Shown here one piece after another: positions 29,749 through 40,631 of a DNA stretch of 51,545 nt. The stretch is from assembly GCA_048938445.1 (NCBI GenBank), contig JBHLME010000013.1, positions 1-51,545 of the forward strand, read 5' to 3'. The stretch is from Promethearchaeota archaeon (GTDB lineage Archaea > Asgardarchaeota > Lokiarchaeia > Sigyniarchaeales > SOKP01). The notes under the pieces are model-generated. The model had not been told where the DNA came from and made no database searches. It was given only the letters and a program-made list of their open reading frames with translations. Positions within the stretch are counted from its first letter, which is position 1, and each line of letters begins with the position of its first letter. Both the position numbers and the translations under genes were made by a program.

Positions 29749-30543
29749 GTGATTGATCCATCAATCTTACCATTCATGATAATTATTGGAGTAGTTATAG
29801 TTTCACTGATAATACTAATTCCTTTCATTCTTTCTTCATTGAAAGTGGTTAGCGAATATGAACGATTAGTGGTATTTCGATTTGGGAGAATCCATGGGAT
29901 TAAGGGACCTGGTATTGTATCCATTCTTCCCGGAATTGATAAGACTCGTAGAGTTGATATGAGAACCATAACTTATGATGCTCGAATGATTAAAGTAGTG
30001 ACAAAAGATAATGTTCGCTGTGATGTGGATTCTGTGGTGTACTATAGGGTAGTAGATCCCCAAAAAGCAGTAGTATCAATACAAAATTTCACGTTTGCTA
30101 CTCAAAATTTAGCAAATACCGTATTGAGAGAAGTGTTAGGTAGAGCAGATCTTGATGACTTGCTTACAAAAACAAAAGAATATACCTTAGAAATTCAACA
30201 ACAAATTGATACTAAAACAGATCCTTGGGGTATTAAAGTAAGTGATGTTGCTATAAGTGATGTGGTTCTTCCTGTAGAAATGCAAAGGGTTATCGCAAAA
30301 CAAGCCGAAGCGGAAAGAGAAAAAAGGGCAAGAATTATTATCGCTGAAGGTGAGTCTTTGGCAGCGCAAAAAATGGTGGAGGCCGCAAAAATGTACTCTC
30401 AAAATACTATCTCATTGAAATTAAGGGAATTACAAACAATGGCAGAAATAGCAAGGGAGAAAAACTTAGTTGTAATCACTAATACAAGTGATGTCAATGA
30501 AATGGGCAAGATGGTTGCATTAAATAAAAGTATAGTAAGTTAA
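29749..30543 (+). CDS. SPFH/stomatin (band 7) protein
   Basis: EYERLVVFRFGR, VDMR, TKDNV, DPWGIKV and QAEAEREKRA. Confidence 0.93.
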   Translation: MIDPSILPFMIIIGVVIVSLIILIPFILSSLKVVSEYERLVVFRFGRIHGIKGPGIVSILPGIDKTRRVDMRTITYDARMIKVVTKDNVRCDVDSVVYYRVVDPQKAVVSIQNFTFATQNLANTVLREVLGRADLDDLLTKTKEYTLEIQQQIDTKTDPWGIKVSDVAISDVVLPVEMQRVIAKQAEAEREKRARIIIAEGESLAAQKMVEAAKMYSQNTISLKLRELQTMAEIAREKNLVVITNTSDVNEMGKMVALNKSIVS

Positions 30544-30620
30544 TCGGGTTCTTTAAAAAAAAGATTAAATCTAATTTTTTTATAGATTATTAAAAAATAT
30601 ATTGTTTAAATGATGAAAAA

Positions 30621-31178
30621 ATGGAAATGAATCTAATTTTTATCTTAATATCCGTAGTTTTATTAATTTTAGGAATTTTATTCGTTGTTGGAGAAATAGA
30701 ATCCGAAGAAGTTGATTTTTTTGGACCTGCAGCATTAATTTCTTTAATAATTGGAGTAATTTTTTGGTTTATATCTAATCCAATTCAATTGTTGAATTCA
30801 TTAGAACTCTATGCTATTTTAACAATTGTGATTTTATCAGTCGTAATTATCTTCTCTGGATTTTCTTTGTTATTAACAGTAAAGATGATAAAATCTAGAA
30901 ATTATCCCACTTCAGAAGAGCAATTTCTAGGAGGAATTGGAAAATCCGTAGAATTAATTACTAAGTCAAAAGAAGGATATATTAAATATAAAGGTGAATT
31001 ATGGAAAGCTCGCTCTGATGAGACAATCGCACCAAAGAAAAATGTAAAAATAATTAAAAAGGAAGGGCTCATGCTTATAGTTGAACCTGAAGAATTCGAA
31101 AAATTTTTTTGTAAAAATTGTGGAGCAGAATTAAGGGAAGAGACTTTAATTTGTAGCGAGTGCGGTATTAGTATTTAA
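30621..31178 (+). CDS. NfeD family protein with C-terminal zinc ribbon
   Basis: Three transmembrane helices, OB-fold GYIKYKGELWKARS and CKNCG...CSECG; canonical neighbour of stomatin. Confidence 0.85.
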   Translation: MEMNLIFILISVVLLILGILFVVGEIESEEVDFFGPAALISLIIGVIFWFISNPIQLLNSLELYAILTIVILSVVIIFSGFSLLLTVKMIKSRNYPTSEEQFLGGIGKSVELITKSKEGYIKYKGELWKARSDETIAPKKNVKIIKKEGLMLIVEPEEFEKFFCKNCGAELREETLICSECGISI

Positions 31179-31229
31179 AACTATATTTTTTTTGAAAGAA
31201 CTAGTACTAGTAAGATTTTTTAGTAAAAT

Positions 31230-32729
31230 TTATTTAAATTTGAAATAATCTCGTTTAGGAATTAAAATTGTAAAATTACTTCCTTTCTTATAATCTCCCT
31301 TAATCCTATCTTCAACCCAGATTTTTCCATGATAACTTTCAATGATCTTTTTTACCAAAGATAAACCAAAACCCATACCCTTGCCACCCTTATCTTTTTC
31401 GTGTCCTTCTTTAAATATAACTTCTTTTCTATCATCCTCAATTCCGATACCATTATCTATGAATTCAATTTTAATATATTCAACATCTTCAATTATATAC
31501 GAAGAGATGTTGATTTTTATTTCTGTAATGGCACTATCATTATATTTAGCAGCATTTATTAAAATATTTTCAAATACATTTGACAATAATTCATTTGCTT
31601 CAACGAAAAAAAGCTCTCCTTCAAAGTTTACATTGATCTCAAAATGAATATTTTGAAAACCTTCTCGCACGAACTTTATGGCACTCCTTAATAAATCACA
31701 AACATCAATAGGTTGAGTAGGAAAATCTGTACTTTCAAGTTCAGAAAGCCTCCTGACATTTGTTACTAATAATGAACCTCGGACTATTTGTTCTTTCATT
31801 AATTTTATTAAATCTTCCGTGTCTTCTTTTCTATTAGGATCTTTTTGAAAAATACTGAGTAATGAGATTGAGGTTTGCATGATATGAAGGATATTATTAA
31901 TATCATGGGTAAACAATCTTCTATAAAAACTCTGCTTTTCTAATGCCTTTTTTATGTTTTCTTCGGCTGTTTTTTTCTCAGTTACGTCCCTAACGATTAT
32001 TAAATCTTTTTTATTTCCATGAACGTCAGTAAATCTCTTTCCTTTTACTTCTAACCAGATACCGCTTAAACTTTTTTGGTTAACTCCTTTAAATTCAAAT
32101 TTGATTTCATCAACATCATTACTTGGATGCAATTGTTTCTTGATTTCTTCTACATCTGATACTGCAAAATCATACCATCTTTTCCCTATAAAACTCCCTT
32201 GTTCCATACCTGTAAGGTCATGTACTTGAGGACTGATATACGTAAAAACACCTTTCATGTCCACTTCAGCAATAATATCTGAAGTATATTTAATGATATT
32301 ATTATATTTTTCTGCTAAATCACTTAATTTTTTTTCAGATTTCTTGCGGTCGGTGATATCACTTAATACGGCCATTGGAATTAGCTTACCTTTCGACTTT
32401 GCCATGCTTCCTCTCATTGCAATAGGAACGAAATGGCCATCTTTGTGTTGAATTCTAAATTCCATGGCAATTTCATGCCTCTTTTTTATTGCTTCCATGA
32501 TATTCTCTTCCAATTTTGGTTTATCATCTTCATGAATAAAGTCAAAAATCTTTTTCCCTATTACTTCTTCTTGTTTATAACCAAATGCGTTGTAAACTTT
32601 AGGATTAATATAGGTAATGGTTTTATCTAAATCTAACTCGACAATAACATCTTGAATGTTATTTATAAGGAATTCATATCTGTTTTCGGAGATATCTTCT
32701 TCTCCTTCTTTTTCCTTCGAGACCTGCAA
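31230..32729 (-). CDS. PAS-PAS histidine kinase
   Basis: Two PAS domains (FIHEDD), THDINNIL, NILINAAKY, DNGIGI and GMGFGL. Confidence 0.9.
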   Translation of the reverse strand: MQVSKEKEGEEDISENRYEFLINNIQDVIVELDLDKTITYINPKVYNAFGYKQEEVIGKKIFDFIHEDDKPKLEENIMEAIKKRHEIAMEFRIQHKDGHFVPIAMRGSMAKSKGKLIPMAVLSDITDRKKSEKKLSDLAEKYNNIIKYTSDIIAEVDMKGVFTYISPQVHDLTGMEQGSFIGKRWYDFAVSDVEEIKKQLHPSNDVDEIKFEFKGVNQKSLSGIWLEVKGKRFTDVHGNKKDLIIVRDVTEKKTAEENIKKALEKQSFYRRLFTHDINNILHIMQTSISLLSIFQKDPNRKEDTEDLIKLMKEQIVRGSLLVTNVRRLSELESTDFPTQPIDVCDLLRSAIKFVREGFQNIHFEINVNFEGELFFVEANELLSNVFENILINAAKYNDSAITEIKINISSYIIEDVEYIKIEFIDNGIGIEDDRKEVIFKEGHEKDKGGKGMGFGLSLVKKIIESYHGKIWVEDRIKGDYKKGSNFTILIPKRDYFKFK

Positions 32730-32963
32730 TTTAATTTCTAATTTTTTGAGTTAGAATAGAAAATATTAAGTGAATGGAATTTTCCATCTTATCTAATAAT
32801 TAACTTAATTAATCTTATAATATAAAAATAGAACAAATTTTATAATTTTCTTCCTCTTGGAACGAACTAAAAAAATGTCGATAAATTAAGAACCTGCAAC
32901 TTATTAAATGTATGATTTCAAAATATTATATATATCTTTAATACATTACATAAATAATTCACC

Positions 32964-35216
32964 TTGAGCCGAAAAAAAAAGAACTCAGAAGAAGAATACA
33001 TATTTGAATTTTACGATGAGGATTATGTAGAACCTCTTGAGAGTGATACATCCCAAATTTCAGAAATCTATAATACTGTAGATTTTGAAGGAAATCTGAA
33101 TGATGAACAATTGGATATCATAAATAATTTAAATGGTCCAGTTTTGGTAATTGCTGGAGCAGGCTCAGGAAAAACAAGGACTATTGTATATTCAGTTGCT
33201 AAACTTCTCATATCAGGAATCAAACCTGGAGAAATTATGCTAGTGACCTTTACTAATAAAGCTGCAAATGAGATGGTAAAACGAGTAGAATTACTTCTCG
33301 GAAAAAGACCGAAAGGTATATGGGCAGGAACCTTTCACTCAATTGCCAACCGATTCTTAAGAATATACAGCAAGAAAGCAGGTCTAAAACCTAATTATAC
33401 TATAATGGACCAATCCGATGCAAAAGCTCTTATGAAACTTTCAATCGGCTCGGCCAATATAAAAGAAATTAATGAAAGATTTCCCACAGCCGCAATGGTA
33501 AAGGACATCCTATCTTATTCTATAAATTGCAATAAATCGATTAGAGAAGTGATCGCTTGGAAATATTATCAATTTGATAGTGATAAAGTCATCATGAAAA
33601 TTAAAGAGGTTCATGATATATATGCCAGAAAAAAAGCCAATGATGGGCTCCTTGATTTTGATGACTTGCTCGTATTTTGGAATCGATTGCTCGATGAAAA
33701 ATTCGTTGCACGTTTAATTGCAAGAAAAATAAAATACATTCTCGTGGATGAATATCAAGATACTAATTTCATCCAAGATGAGATCATCCATAAAATTGTA
33801 TCTCAAAATCCTCAGCGAAATGTCCTAGCGGTTGGAGATGATGCTCAAAGTATTTATGCATTCAGAGGGGCAAATTTTCAAAACATTTTACATTTTGAAA
33901 AAAAATATGAGGGGTGCAAGATATTTAAAATAACCTATAATTACAGGTCTACACCAGAAATCTTAGAGCTTGCTAATGATTCCATTCAACATAACGAACA
34001 TCAGTATAAGAAAATAATGAAAACTACTAAATCAAGGGGATTATTACCCTCTCAAGTTAATGTAGGAACTGAGGAGGACCAAGCACGGTTCATTTCCAAT
34101 CAAATCTTGAAATTAAGATCAGATGGTTTTGATTTAAATGAAATCGCAGTCCTTTACAGAGCCGCACATCATTCCATGAAAATTGAGTTGGAACTTCAAG
34201 CAAAAAACATACCTTATGAAGTTCGCGCAGGATTGGCTTTCTTCGAGAGGGCTCACATCAAGGATTTATTAGTTCACTTGAGAATCATAGATAATCCGTA
34301 TGACGAGATATCTTGGTCTCGCGTATTTAATATTGTACCGGGACTTGGGGCAAATTCAGGAACCAAAATATTTCAAATTATATCAAAAAGTGAAAATCCT
34401 GCCGCAAAAATTCTTGAAAATGACTTTTTTGCAGTTCAAATGAAGAGTTCAAGAATTCCAAATATTGGAAAGAAAAACTTGATAGATCATGTAAAATATT
34501 TTGTAGATTATGGTTCAGAGGATTCTCCAAAGGAGGTAATCTTAGATCTTGTAAATTTAATTAAAAATCACGTTAAATCTAATTATAAAGACTGGGAGAA
34601 TCGAATTGAAGATTTAGAACAATTAGGCGTGTATGCCCAAAATTATCCTACAATTAGAAAATTTTTGGAAACATTAAGTCTGAATTTATCAAATATCGAA
34701 TCGCGTGTAGTTAGAGCTGGTGAAAAAGGCATTGAGGAAAATCCATTAGTTCTGTCAACCATTCATAGAGCAAAAGGACTTGAATGGCGCGTGATATTTA
34801 TACCAATGCTTTGTGATGATCATTTTCCTTCCAGTAGAGTAATGGGTGATGAAGAAGCATTTGAAGAGGAACGAAGAGTGTTTTATGTAGCATTGACAAG
34901 AGCAAAAGACCAACTATACTTGATTTCTCCCTCGGTTGTTCAATCTTTTAAGGGAATCCATGCTTCAAGAATCTCAACTTTCATTTCAGAACTACAATCG
35001 AAATTGTACCAGAAGGCATTTGTGGATTTTCAAGTTAATCCAAAGGAACGGCAAATAATTACTAAAAAAGAAAATTCTGAACAGTTTGTATCAGCTTATA
35101 CACTTATGAATGAAGAGAAAAAATTAGAAAATAGCGATGAGAAGAAAGAGAGAATAAAATCTCGAGTTGAAGAAAAATATAGAAACGGGACGTTAAATGG
35201 ATTTTTACGTGATTAG
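32964..35216 (+). CDS. UvrD/PcrA/Rep superfamily 1A DNA helicase
   Basis: AGAGSGKT, VTFTNKAA, GTFHS, VDEYQDTN, VGDDAQSIYAFRGA, NYRST, STIHRAKGLEW and EERRVFYVALTRAK. Confidence 0.95.
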   Translation: MSRKKKNSEEEYIFEFYDEDYVEPLESDTSQISEIYNTVDFEGNLNDEQLDIINNLNGPVLVIAGAGSGKTRTIVYSVAKLLISGIKPGEIMLVTFTNKAANEMVKRVELLLGKRPKGIWAGTFHSIANRFLRIYSKKAGLKPNYTIMDQSDAKALMKLSIGSANIKEINERFPTAAMVKDILSYSINCNKSIREVIAWKYYQFDSDKVIMKIKEVHDIYARKKANDGLLDFDDLLVFWNRLLDEKFVARLIARKIKYILVDEYQDTNFIQDEIIHKIVSQNPQRNVLAVGDDAQSIYAFRGANFQNILHFEKKYEGCKIFKITYNYRSTPEILELANDSIQHNEHQYKKIMKTTKSRGLLPSQVNVGTEEDQARFISNQILKLRSDGFDLNEIAVLYRAAHHSMKIELELQAKNIPYEVRAGLAFFERAHIKDLLVHLRIIDNPYDEISWSRVFNIVPGLGANSGTKIFQIISKSENPAAKILENDFFAVQMKSSRIPNIGKKNLIDHVKYFVDYGSEDSPKEVILDLVNLIKNHVKSNYKDWENRIEDLEQLGVYAQNYPTIRKFLETLSLNLSNIESRVVRAGEKGIEENPLVLSTIHRAKGLEWRVIFIPMLCDDHFPSSRVMGDEEAFEEERRVFYVALTRAKDQLYLISPSVVQSFKGIHASRISTFISELQSKLYQKAFVDFQVNPKERQIITKKENSEQFVSAYTLMNEEKKLENSDEKKERIKSRVEEKYRNGTLNGFLRD

Positions 35217-37501
35217 GCTTGTTTTAACAATATTATAAAATTACTTCCCTTAGAATAATCTCCCTTGATTCTATCTTCCACCCAAATCTTACCTTCATGG
35301 TTCTCAATAACTTTTTTGACTAAAGAGAGCCCCACACCCATCCCTCCACCTAACTGGCTTTTATATAATCCTTTAAAGATTTTTTCTTTATCTTTATCTG
35401 ATATCCCTTCACCATTATCAATGAACTCAAATTTAATCCAATTGGTCTTTTTATTTCTCTCTTGAGAAACTTTAATTTGTATTAATTTAACTGGATGATT
35501 ATTATGTTTTATGGCGTTTATTAAAATATTTTCAAAAATATCCATTAATAAATCATTTCCATAAACCTTTACATTTTCACTTTCATATTCTTTTCGAATG
35601 TTAATTTCTTCTTTAGGAAAAATATTAAGAATATATTCTATTCTTTCCTCTAAAACTTTAATTGGATCTATTTTTTTTAACGTGATTTTATATTTTTCTA
35701 TTTCAGAAAGTTTATGCACGTTTGAAACCAAGTTAGCACCTCTGCTTATTTGCTCCTCAACGATTCCATGTAATTCTCTTATCCCTTCAATGTTTTTTGG
35801 ATCCTTTAGATAATATGTGCTTAATTCTATAGATGATCTAATATTTTGGAGGATATTATTCATGTCATGTGCAATGAGATCTTTATATAGACTTGCTTGA
35901 TTATAAGCCTCTCGGTATCTCTCTTCAGTTTGTTTTTGTAAAGATATGTCAGAGGTTACCTCAACTGCTCCAAATACTTCACCCTCTTCATTTTTTACTG
36001 GAAATGCTTTAACTTTCCAAAATTTTCCATCAGGGGAAGTGATTTGACCAGAAGTTTCCATACCCGTATTTATGGCTTCTCTTGTAGGACAATTTTCACA
36101 AATCTCTCCTCTATTATGCCACAATTCATAACATTTTTGTCCTACTAATTCATTTGGTTCCTTTTTTAAAAAATCCGCAGCAGTTTTATTTATCCAAATG
36201 ACATTATTATGAGTATCTTGAAATATTATATGCTCTGAAATGTTGTCTAAAATCAATGCCTTTTCTTTTTCTGCTTTTTTTAAACTTTCTTCTGCTAGTT
36301 TACGTTTTGTAATGTCTCTAGCTATTGAAATGAGCTTAGGTTCTCCATCACTTCCCGTAAATCTTTTATTGATAGCCTCTACCCATACATCATATCCTTT
36401 TTTATGTTTTAGTCTCACTCGTGCATTAAATTCTTTATCTAAAATGAGAAAACCTTTATCTAAAATTTCATTAATATTATCTATTTTATCTCTATCTTCG
36501 GGATGTACAAAATCCCAAATATTCTTTCCTATTAAATCATCAGGTTTATAACCCAAGATTTTGAAATGTGCTTCTTCATTTATATATTCATGCTTGAAAT
36601 CTTTATTAAAAACAGCAATTAAGTCATTTGCATTTTCAGATATTAAACGATATTTTTCTTCAGAATCTTTTAGCTCCTTTGTTCTCTTTTCTACCAGGTT
36701 TTCTAATTTTTTGGTTAAATTTTTTAATTCCTCTTCTACTTCTTTACGTTTATTAATATTTAATACCATTGAACGTGATTCTAAAATATTCCCTTCTTTG
36801 TCTAATATTGGTTTTATTGATAAGCTAACCCATATCTTTTCTCCGCTCTTTTTTTTCATTTGAAGTTCATTTTCTACGAAATGCTCTCCGTCTAATATTT
36901 TTTTAAGAGTCTTTTTTGCTTTTTGTCTATCTTCCTTGGTGGTCGCATACAAGTCATAAAACTTCATTTTTAAAAGTTCTTTTTTAGAATATCCTAATAA
37001 AAGCTCTGCTGCTTTATTGCATTGTTTTATTACATCATCTTTTCCCACGGAAAAGTATGATATTGGTGCTTCTTCATATAAATCTCGGTATTTTTTTTCC
37101 GCTAAAGTAAGATCAGTAATATCTTCTCCTGAACCTAATATGCCTACCAGATTTTTTTCTTCATCATATAAAATACTATTATGCCATGAAATTATCCTTT
37201 CTTTGCCATTTTTAGTCAAGATAGGATTTATATAATACTCATGAGGTTCTAATTCTCCTTGAAGTAATCCATTAAAAGTTTTAGTTACTCCATCTCGAGC
37301 ATCTTGAGGTATACAGGTTTCAAACCAGTTTTTACCAATTAATTCTCCTTCTTTGTATTCTAAGACTTCTTGAGCTTTCTTGTTTATGAGTATGATGTCT
37401 CCTTTTTTATCTAAAGTGACCATTAAAGTGCCAGCTAAATCCAAATAAGCCTTTAATTTTTCTTTTTCTTTTTTAATCCTGTTTTCTGTGACTTCCTCCA
37501 T
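35213..37501 (-). CDS. Histidine kinase with four PAS domains
   Basis: Four PAS/PAC units, AHDMNNILQ, NILINAIKH, DNGEGI and GMGVGL. Overlaps the helicase 3' end by 4 nt. Confidence 0.9.
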   Translation of the reverse strand: MEEVTENRIKKEKEKLKAYLDLAGTLMVTLDKKGDIILINKKAQEVLEYKEGELIGKNWFETCIPQDARDGVTKTFNGLLQGELEPHEYYINPILTKNGKERIISWHNSILYDEEKNLVGILGSGEDITDLTLAEKKYRDLYEEAPISYFSVGKDDVIKQCNKAAELLLGYSKKELLKMKFYDLYATTKEDRQKAKKTLKKILDGEHFVENELQMKKKSGEKIWVSLSIKPILDKEGNILESRSMVLNINKRKEVEEELKNLTKKLENLVEKRTKELKDSEEKYRLISENANDLIAVFNKDFKHEYINEEAHFKILGYKPDDLIGKNIWDFVHPEDRDKIDNINEILDKGFLILDKEFNARVRLKHKKGYDVWVEAINKRFTGSDGEPKLISIARDITKRKLAEESLKKAEKEKALILDNISEHIIFQDTHNNVIWINKTAADFLKKEPNELVGQKCYELWHNRGEICENCPTREAINTGMETSGQITSPDGKFWKVKAFPVKNEEGEVFGAVEVTSDISLQKQTEERYREAYNQASLYKDLIAHDMNNILQNIRSSIELSTYYLKDPKNIEGIRELHGIVEEQISRGANLVSNVHKLSEIEKYKITLKKIDPIKVLEERIEYILNIFPKEEINIRKEYESENVKVYGNDLLMDIFENILINAIKHNNHPVKLIQIKVSQERNKKTNWIKFEFIDNGEGISDKDKEKIFKGLYKSQLGGGMGVGLSLVKKVIENHEGKIWVEDRIKGDYSKGSNFIILLKQA

Positions 37502-37714
37502 TCTTAATTCATTGTCTCTTGGTATTAGCTGATAAATAATTTATTTGTTTAAAAGAAAGGCTTTTTAGATTGTGCAAGTAACTATAATTAGTAAATAGCT
37601 TATTTACAATATTGTCAAGGAAGTTTAAAAAGGTTTTCGATTTTTCAATTAATAATTTTTAAAATATACCCGTAATTATCACTATATTTTAAGATCTAAA
37701 CTAAATCATTGCAA

Positions 37715-40531
37715 TTATGATAAAAGATTGTCTGATCGCTCTTTAAACAAATTATTGATCATTATTGTAATTGAATTGTTGTTCATTCTTCTAATTTGTT
37801 CTTGAAGAAGTAGATCAACTTTCATGTTTTCAAGATTATTTTTAATAGTTTTTAAATTATGACGATTTTTGATTATATTTTGTGTTTGTTTGAGATGTGG
37901 AGCAATACTCTTGTTTAAATTTGTATCAAATTCTGAATCAAAATAAATTTCATATATTAAATTGTCGAGGATATATCTATCATAAAAATCTATAATCTCT
38001 ATCTCATTTGGATGAAATTTGTTGAGAAATAAAAGGAAATCTACTACAATTGACACATTTTTTTGAACTTCTTTATCAACTTTTTTAATTGGTATCGTTT
38101 CAATAAAGGATTTAGTTATATTCACCGTAAACTCAGAACGATTGCTATAGTTAAGAAGATAAAATCCATTAATTAATTTGGAGTTCAAGATAGCTAATAT
38201 ATACTTAATATCATAAGCTACATTTTCAATTAAGGGGGGATTATTCAGAATGATTGCATTGACTGATGCAAAGAAGTAGTGTTGTTCATCATCATAAGTA
38301 ACACGTAAGGGATAAATTCCTCCTCCGATTCTTTGCATTAATAATTTTTCAGGTGCTTCATGAACATGCTTCGCTCTTGCCCTATGTAATCGAGAACGAT
38401 CATAAATAATATATTGTCCATCAGGCCAGTTAATTTTATAGCGATCGATATTTTTTCCCCGAAGAAGTTTTTTAGCACTAAGATTTCCCGAATCTTTTGT
38501 AAAAAGATCATCTTTTTTTCTTGTAACTAGCCCTTCAAGAATTTCAGAGGTTATATCTCCTAACTCAAACGTATCACATTTCATTTTATTAAAAATCTGC
38601 TCGAATTGGTCATTTACGTGTATGTTATAGCAACATATTACATTATCAAGAAACCTTTCTTGATTAATTTCATGTTTTAAATATTCTTGATTTAATAAAT
38701 TCCTAATGGCATGCTTGATAGATGATTTTTCTTTTACTCTTTCATTTACTTTTTTGAGAACTATTATAATTGTAGATGTCGTGACATCTTTGAATATACT
38801 TCTCCCCAAATCTACAATTTCTTCTATATGTGTATGATCTAAGATATGTTGTCTTATAATGTCATTTGTTGAGGTGCGTAATAGAGTATTGGGAATAATA
38901 TAACCCAACTTCCCTTCTATCTTGAGAAGTTCAATAGATCGAATTAAAAATAAGCTAAATGCGTTTAATTTACCTGATTGTATGGCCTTCCCTTTTGTAA
39001 GAGGTTGATAATTTTTTAAATAGCGCGCTTTTAAAAACTTTCTTTCAAACCTTCCAAATTTCATTCCCCTAGTAAAAACATAAGGTGGATTGCCAATAAT
39101 AATATCAAAACCACCATCTCGTAAAATTGGTTCAAATTCAAAATTCCAATGGAATAATTGATGTCTAAGTATTTCGTCTTTTCCAAAATTATAATTAATC
39201 TCTTTAAGCTCAAGTTGAATAACATTGGCAAATTTTTTATTAATAAATTTAATAAAATTTTCTCGAATAATGGCTAGAACTTGTTTTAAAATTATTGCAT
39301 CTTCATTTGAATCTTCAATATATATGTTTTTTAATTCATGGTATGCCTTTATTTGTTCGGTAAAATTTATGGTAGTTAATTTACTAAAAATCTTTAAGAT
39401 CAATGTTGCTCTTTCAGGATTAACTAAATTAACTAATTTATTTATCAATGACTCAATTTCCTCATTTAAAATTATAAGTGGTTCATCAAGAAATTTTTCA
39501 CGATTCCATCCTACGAGAGAATTCCCTGATATGATATTAAATTCTAAATTTGGGAGAACTATCTTTTTCTCCTCTATAGAATGACTTGATAATAACCATA
39601 GTATTAATCTTAATTTCGTGATCTTTATAGTATTGGAATTAATATCTATTCCATACAAGTTATTGATGGCTATCTCATGCTTGATATCATAATCCTCTCT
39701 TGAAATTCTTAGTTTGGAATTAAAAAAAGTAATTAAATTAAATATAATTTTAGCAACTTTAATTAAAAATACACCAGTTCCACAAGAAGGATCGAGTATT
39801 TTAATTTTATTCAAAGTCTTTAAAATTTCTTTTATAATATTTTCATTGCCTTCCTCATGGAATATCTCATAAATTTGAAACACCTCATCACCTCTAAAAC
39901 CTAATTTATTTAATAGAAATGAATAAATAGTTCTTTTACAAATATAATCTGAAATTTCTGGTGGTGTATAAAAAACACCTTTAGATTTTTTCAAACCTCT
40001 AGAAATAAGTCTTTCGTGAAGGTATCCTAAGATATCTGGTGTAATAATTTTATTTGAATAACTTAAATTTTTGATCTTAAACTTATCCTCATCTATGATC
40101 CAATTAAATTCATTTAAAAAATTAAATAATTTCATCCAATCTTGTTTATTGAAATTTATTTTCAAGTTTCTCTCAATATCATTCAAAGAGAATAAATTTC
40201 CTTTAAAATATGGATAAATTATATGATAATCATTAATAGTTATATCTCTTTTAAGTGGATCTCCGAAATATGAAAAAAAATTATTAAAATTTTTTAAAAA
40301 TGATCCATTGTTCATTATCTCATTAGAAAAAAATTTTTTACCTGAAATCGAGGAGCCATTTACCTTTATGAGGTTATTATCACATAGAAAATAACTAAAA
40401 ATGATTCTATCAAATAGATTTTGAACGATTTTTGACTTATTATATTGATCTATATTCCCATTAACATTATTAACTAATTCAATGAAGAAGTTCTCAAATC
40501 TCTTAAAGAAGAACGTATGGTTATTAATCAT
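37715..40531 (-). CDS. Eco57I/type IIG-like N6-adenine DNA methyltransferase with TaqI-like target recognition domain, no evident nuclease domain
   Basis: GVFYTP, ILDPSCGTGVF, LYGIDI, GNSL, FDIIIGNPPY, LLRGKNIDRY and YILAILNSKL. Confidence 0.88.
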   Translation of the reverse strand: MINNHTFFFKRFENFFIELVNNVNGNIDQYNKSKIVQNLFDRIIFSYFLCDNNLIKVNGSSISGKKFFSNEIMNNGSFLKNFNNFFSYFGDPLKRDITINDYHIIYPYFKGNLFSLNDIERNLKINFNKQDWMKLFNFLNEFNWIIDEDKFKIKNLSYSNKIITPDILGYLHERLISRGLKKSKGVFYTPPEISDYICKRTIYSFLLNKLGFRGDEVFQIYEIFHEEGNENIIKEILKTLNKIKILDPSCGTGVFLIKVAKIIFNLITFFNSKLRISREDYDIKHEIAINNLYGIDINSNTIKITKLRLILWLLSSHSIEEKKIVLPNLEFNIISGNSLVGWNREKFLDEPLIILNEEIESLINKLVNLVNPERATLILKIFSKLTTINFTEQIKAYHELKNIYIEDSNEDAIILKQVLAIIRENFIKFINKKFANVIQLELKEINYNFGKDEILRHQLFHWNFEFEPILRDGGFDIIIGNPPYVFTRGMKFGRFERKFLKARYLKNYQPLTKGKAIQSGKLNAFSLFLIRSIELLKIEGKLGYIIPNTLLRTSTNDIIRQHILDHTHIEEIVDLGRSIFKDVTTSTIIIVLKKVNERVKEKSSIKHAIRNLLNQEYLKHEINQERFLDNVICCYNIHVNDQFEQIFNKMKCDTFELGDITSEILEGLVTRKKDDLFTKDSGNLSAKKLLRGKNIDRYKINWPDGQYIIYDRSRLHRARAKHVHEAPEKLLMQRIGGGIYPLRVTYDDEQHYFFASVNAIILNNPPLIENVAYDIKYILAILNSKLINGFYLLNYSNRSEFTVNITKSFIETIPIKKVDKEVQKNVSIVVDFLLFLNKFHPNEIEIIDFYDRYILDNLIYEIYFDSEFDTNLNKSIAPHLKQTQNIIKNRHNLKTIKNNLENMKVDLLLQEQIRRMNNNSITIMINNLFKERSDNLLS

Positions 40532-40631
40532 TTCTTCAATTCCATTATACTAAAATATGAATTCTTATTTCTATGATAAATAACATAGATGACAATAATT
40601 CCAACTTATACTGTATAGATTAAAAAGCAAT

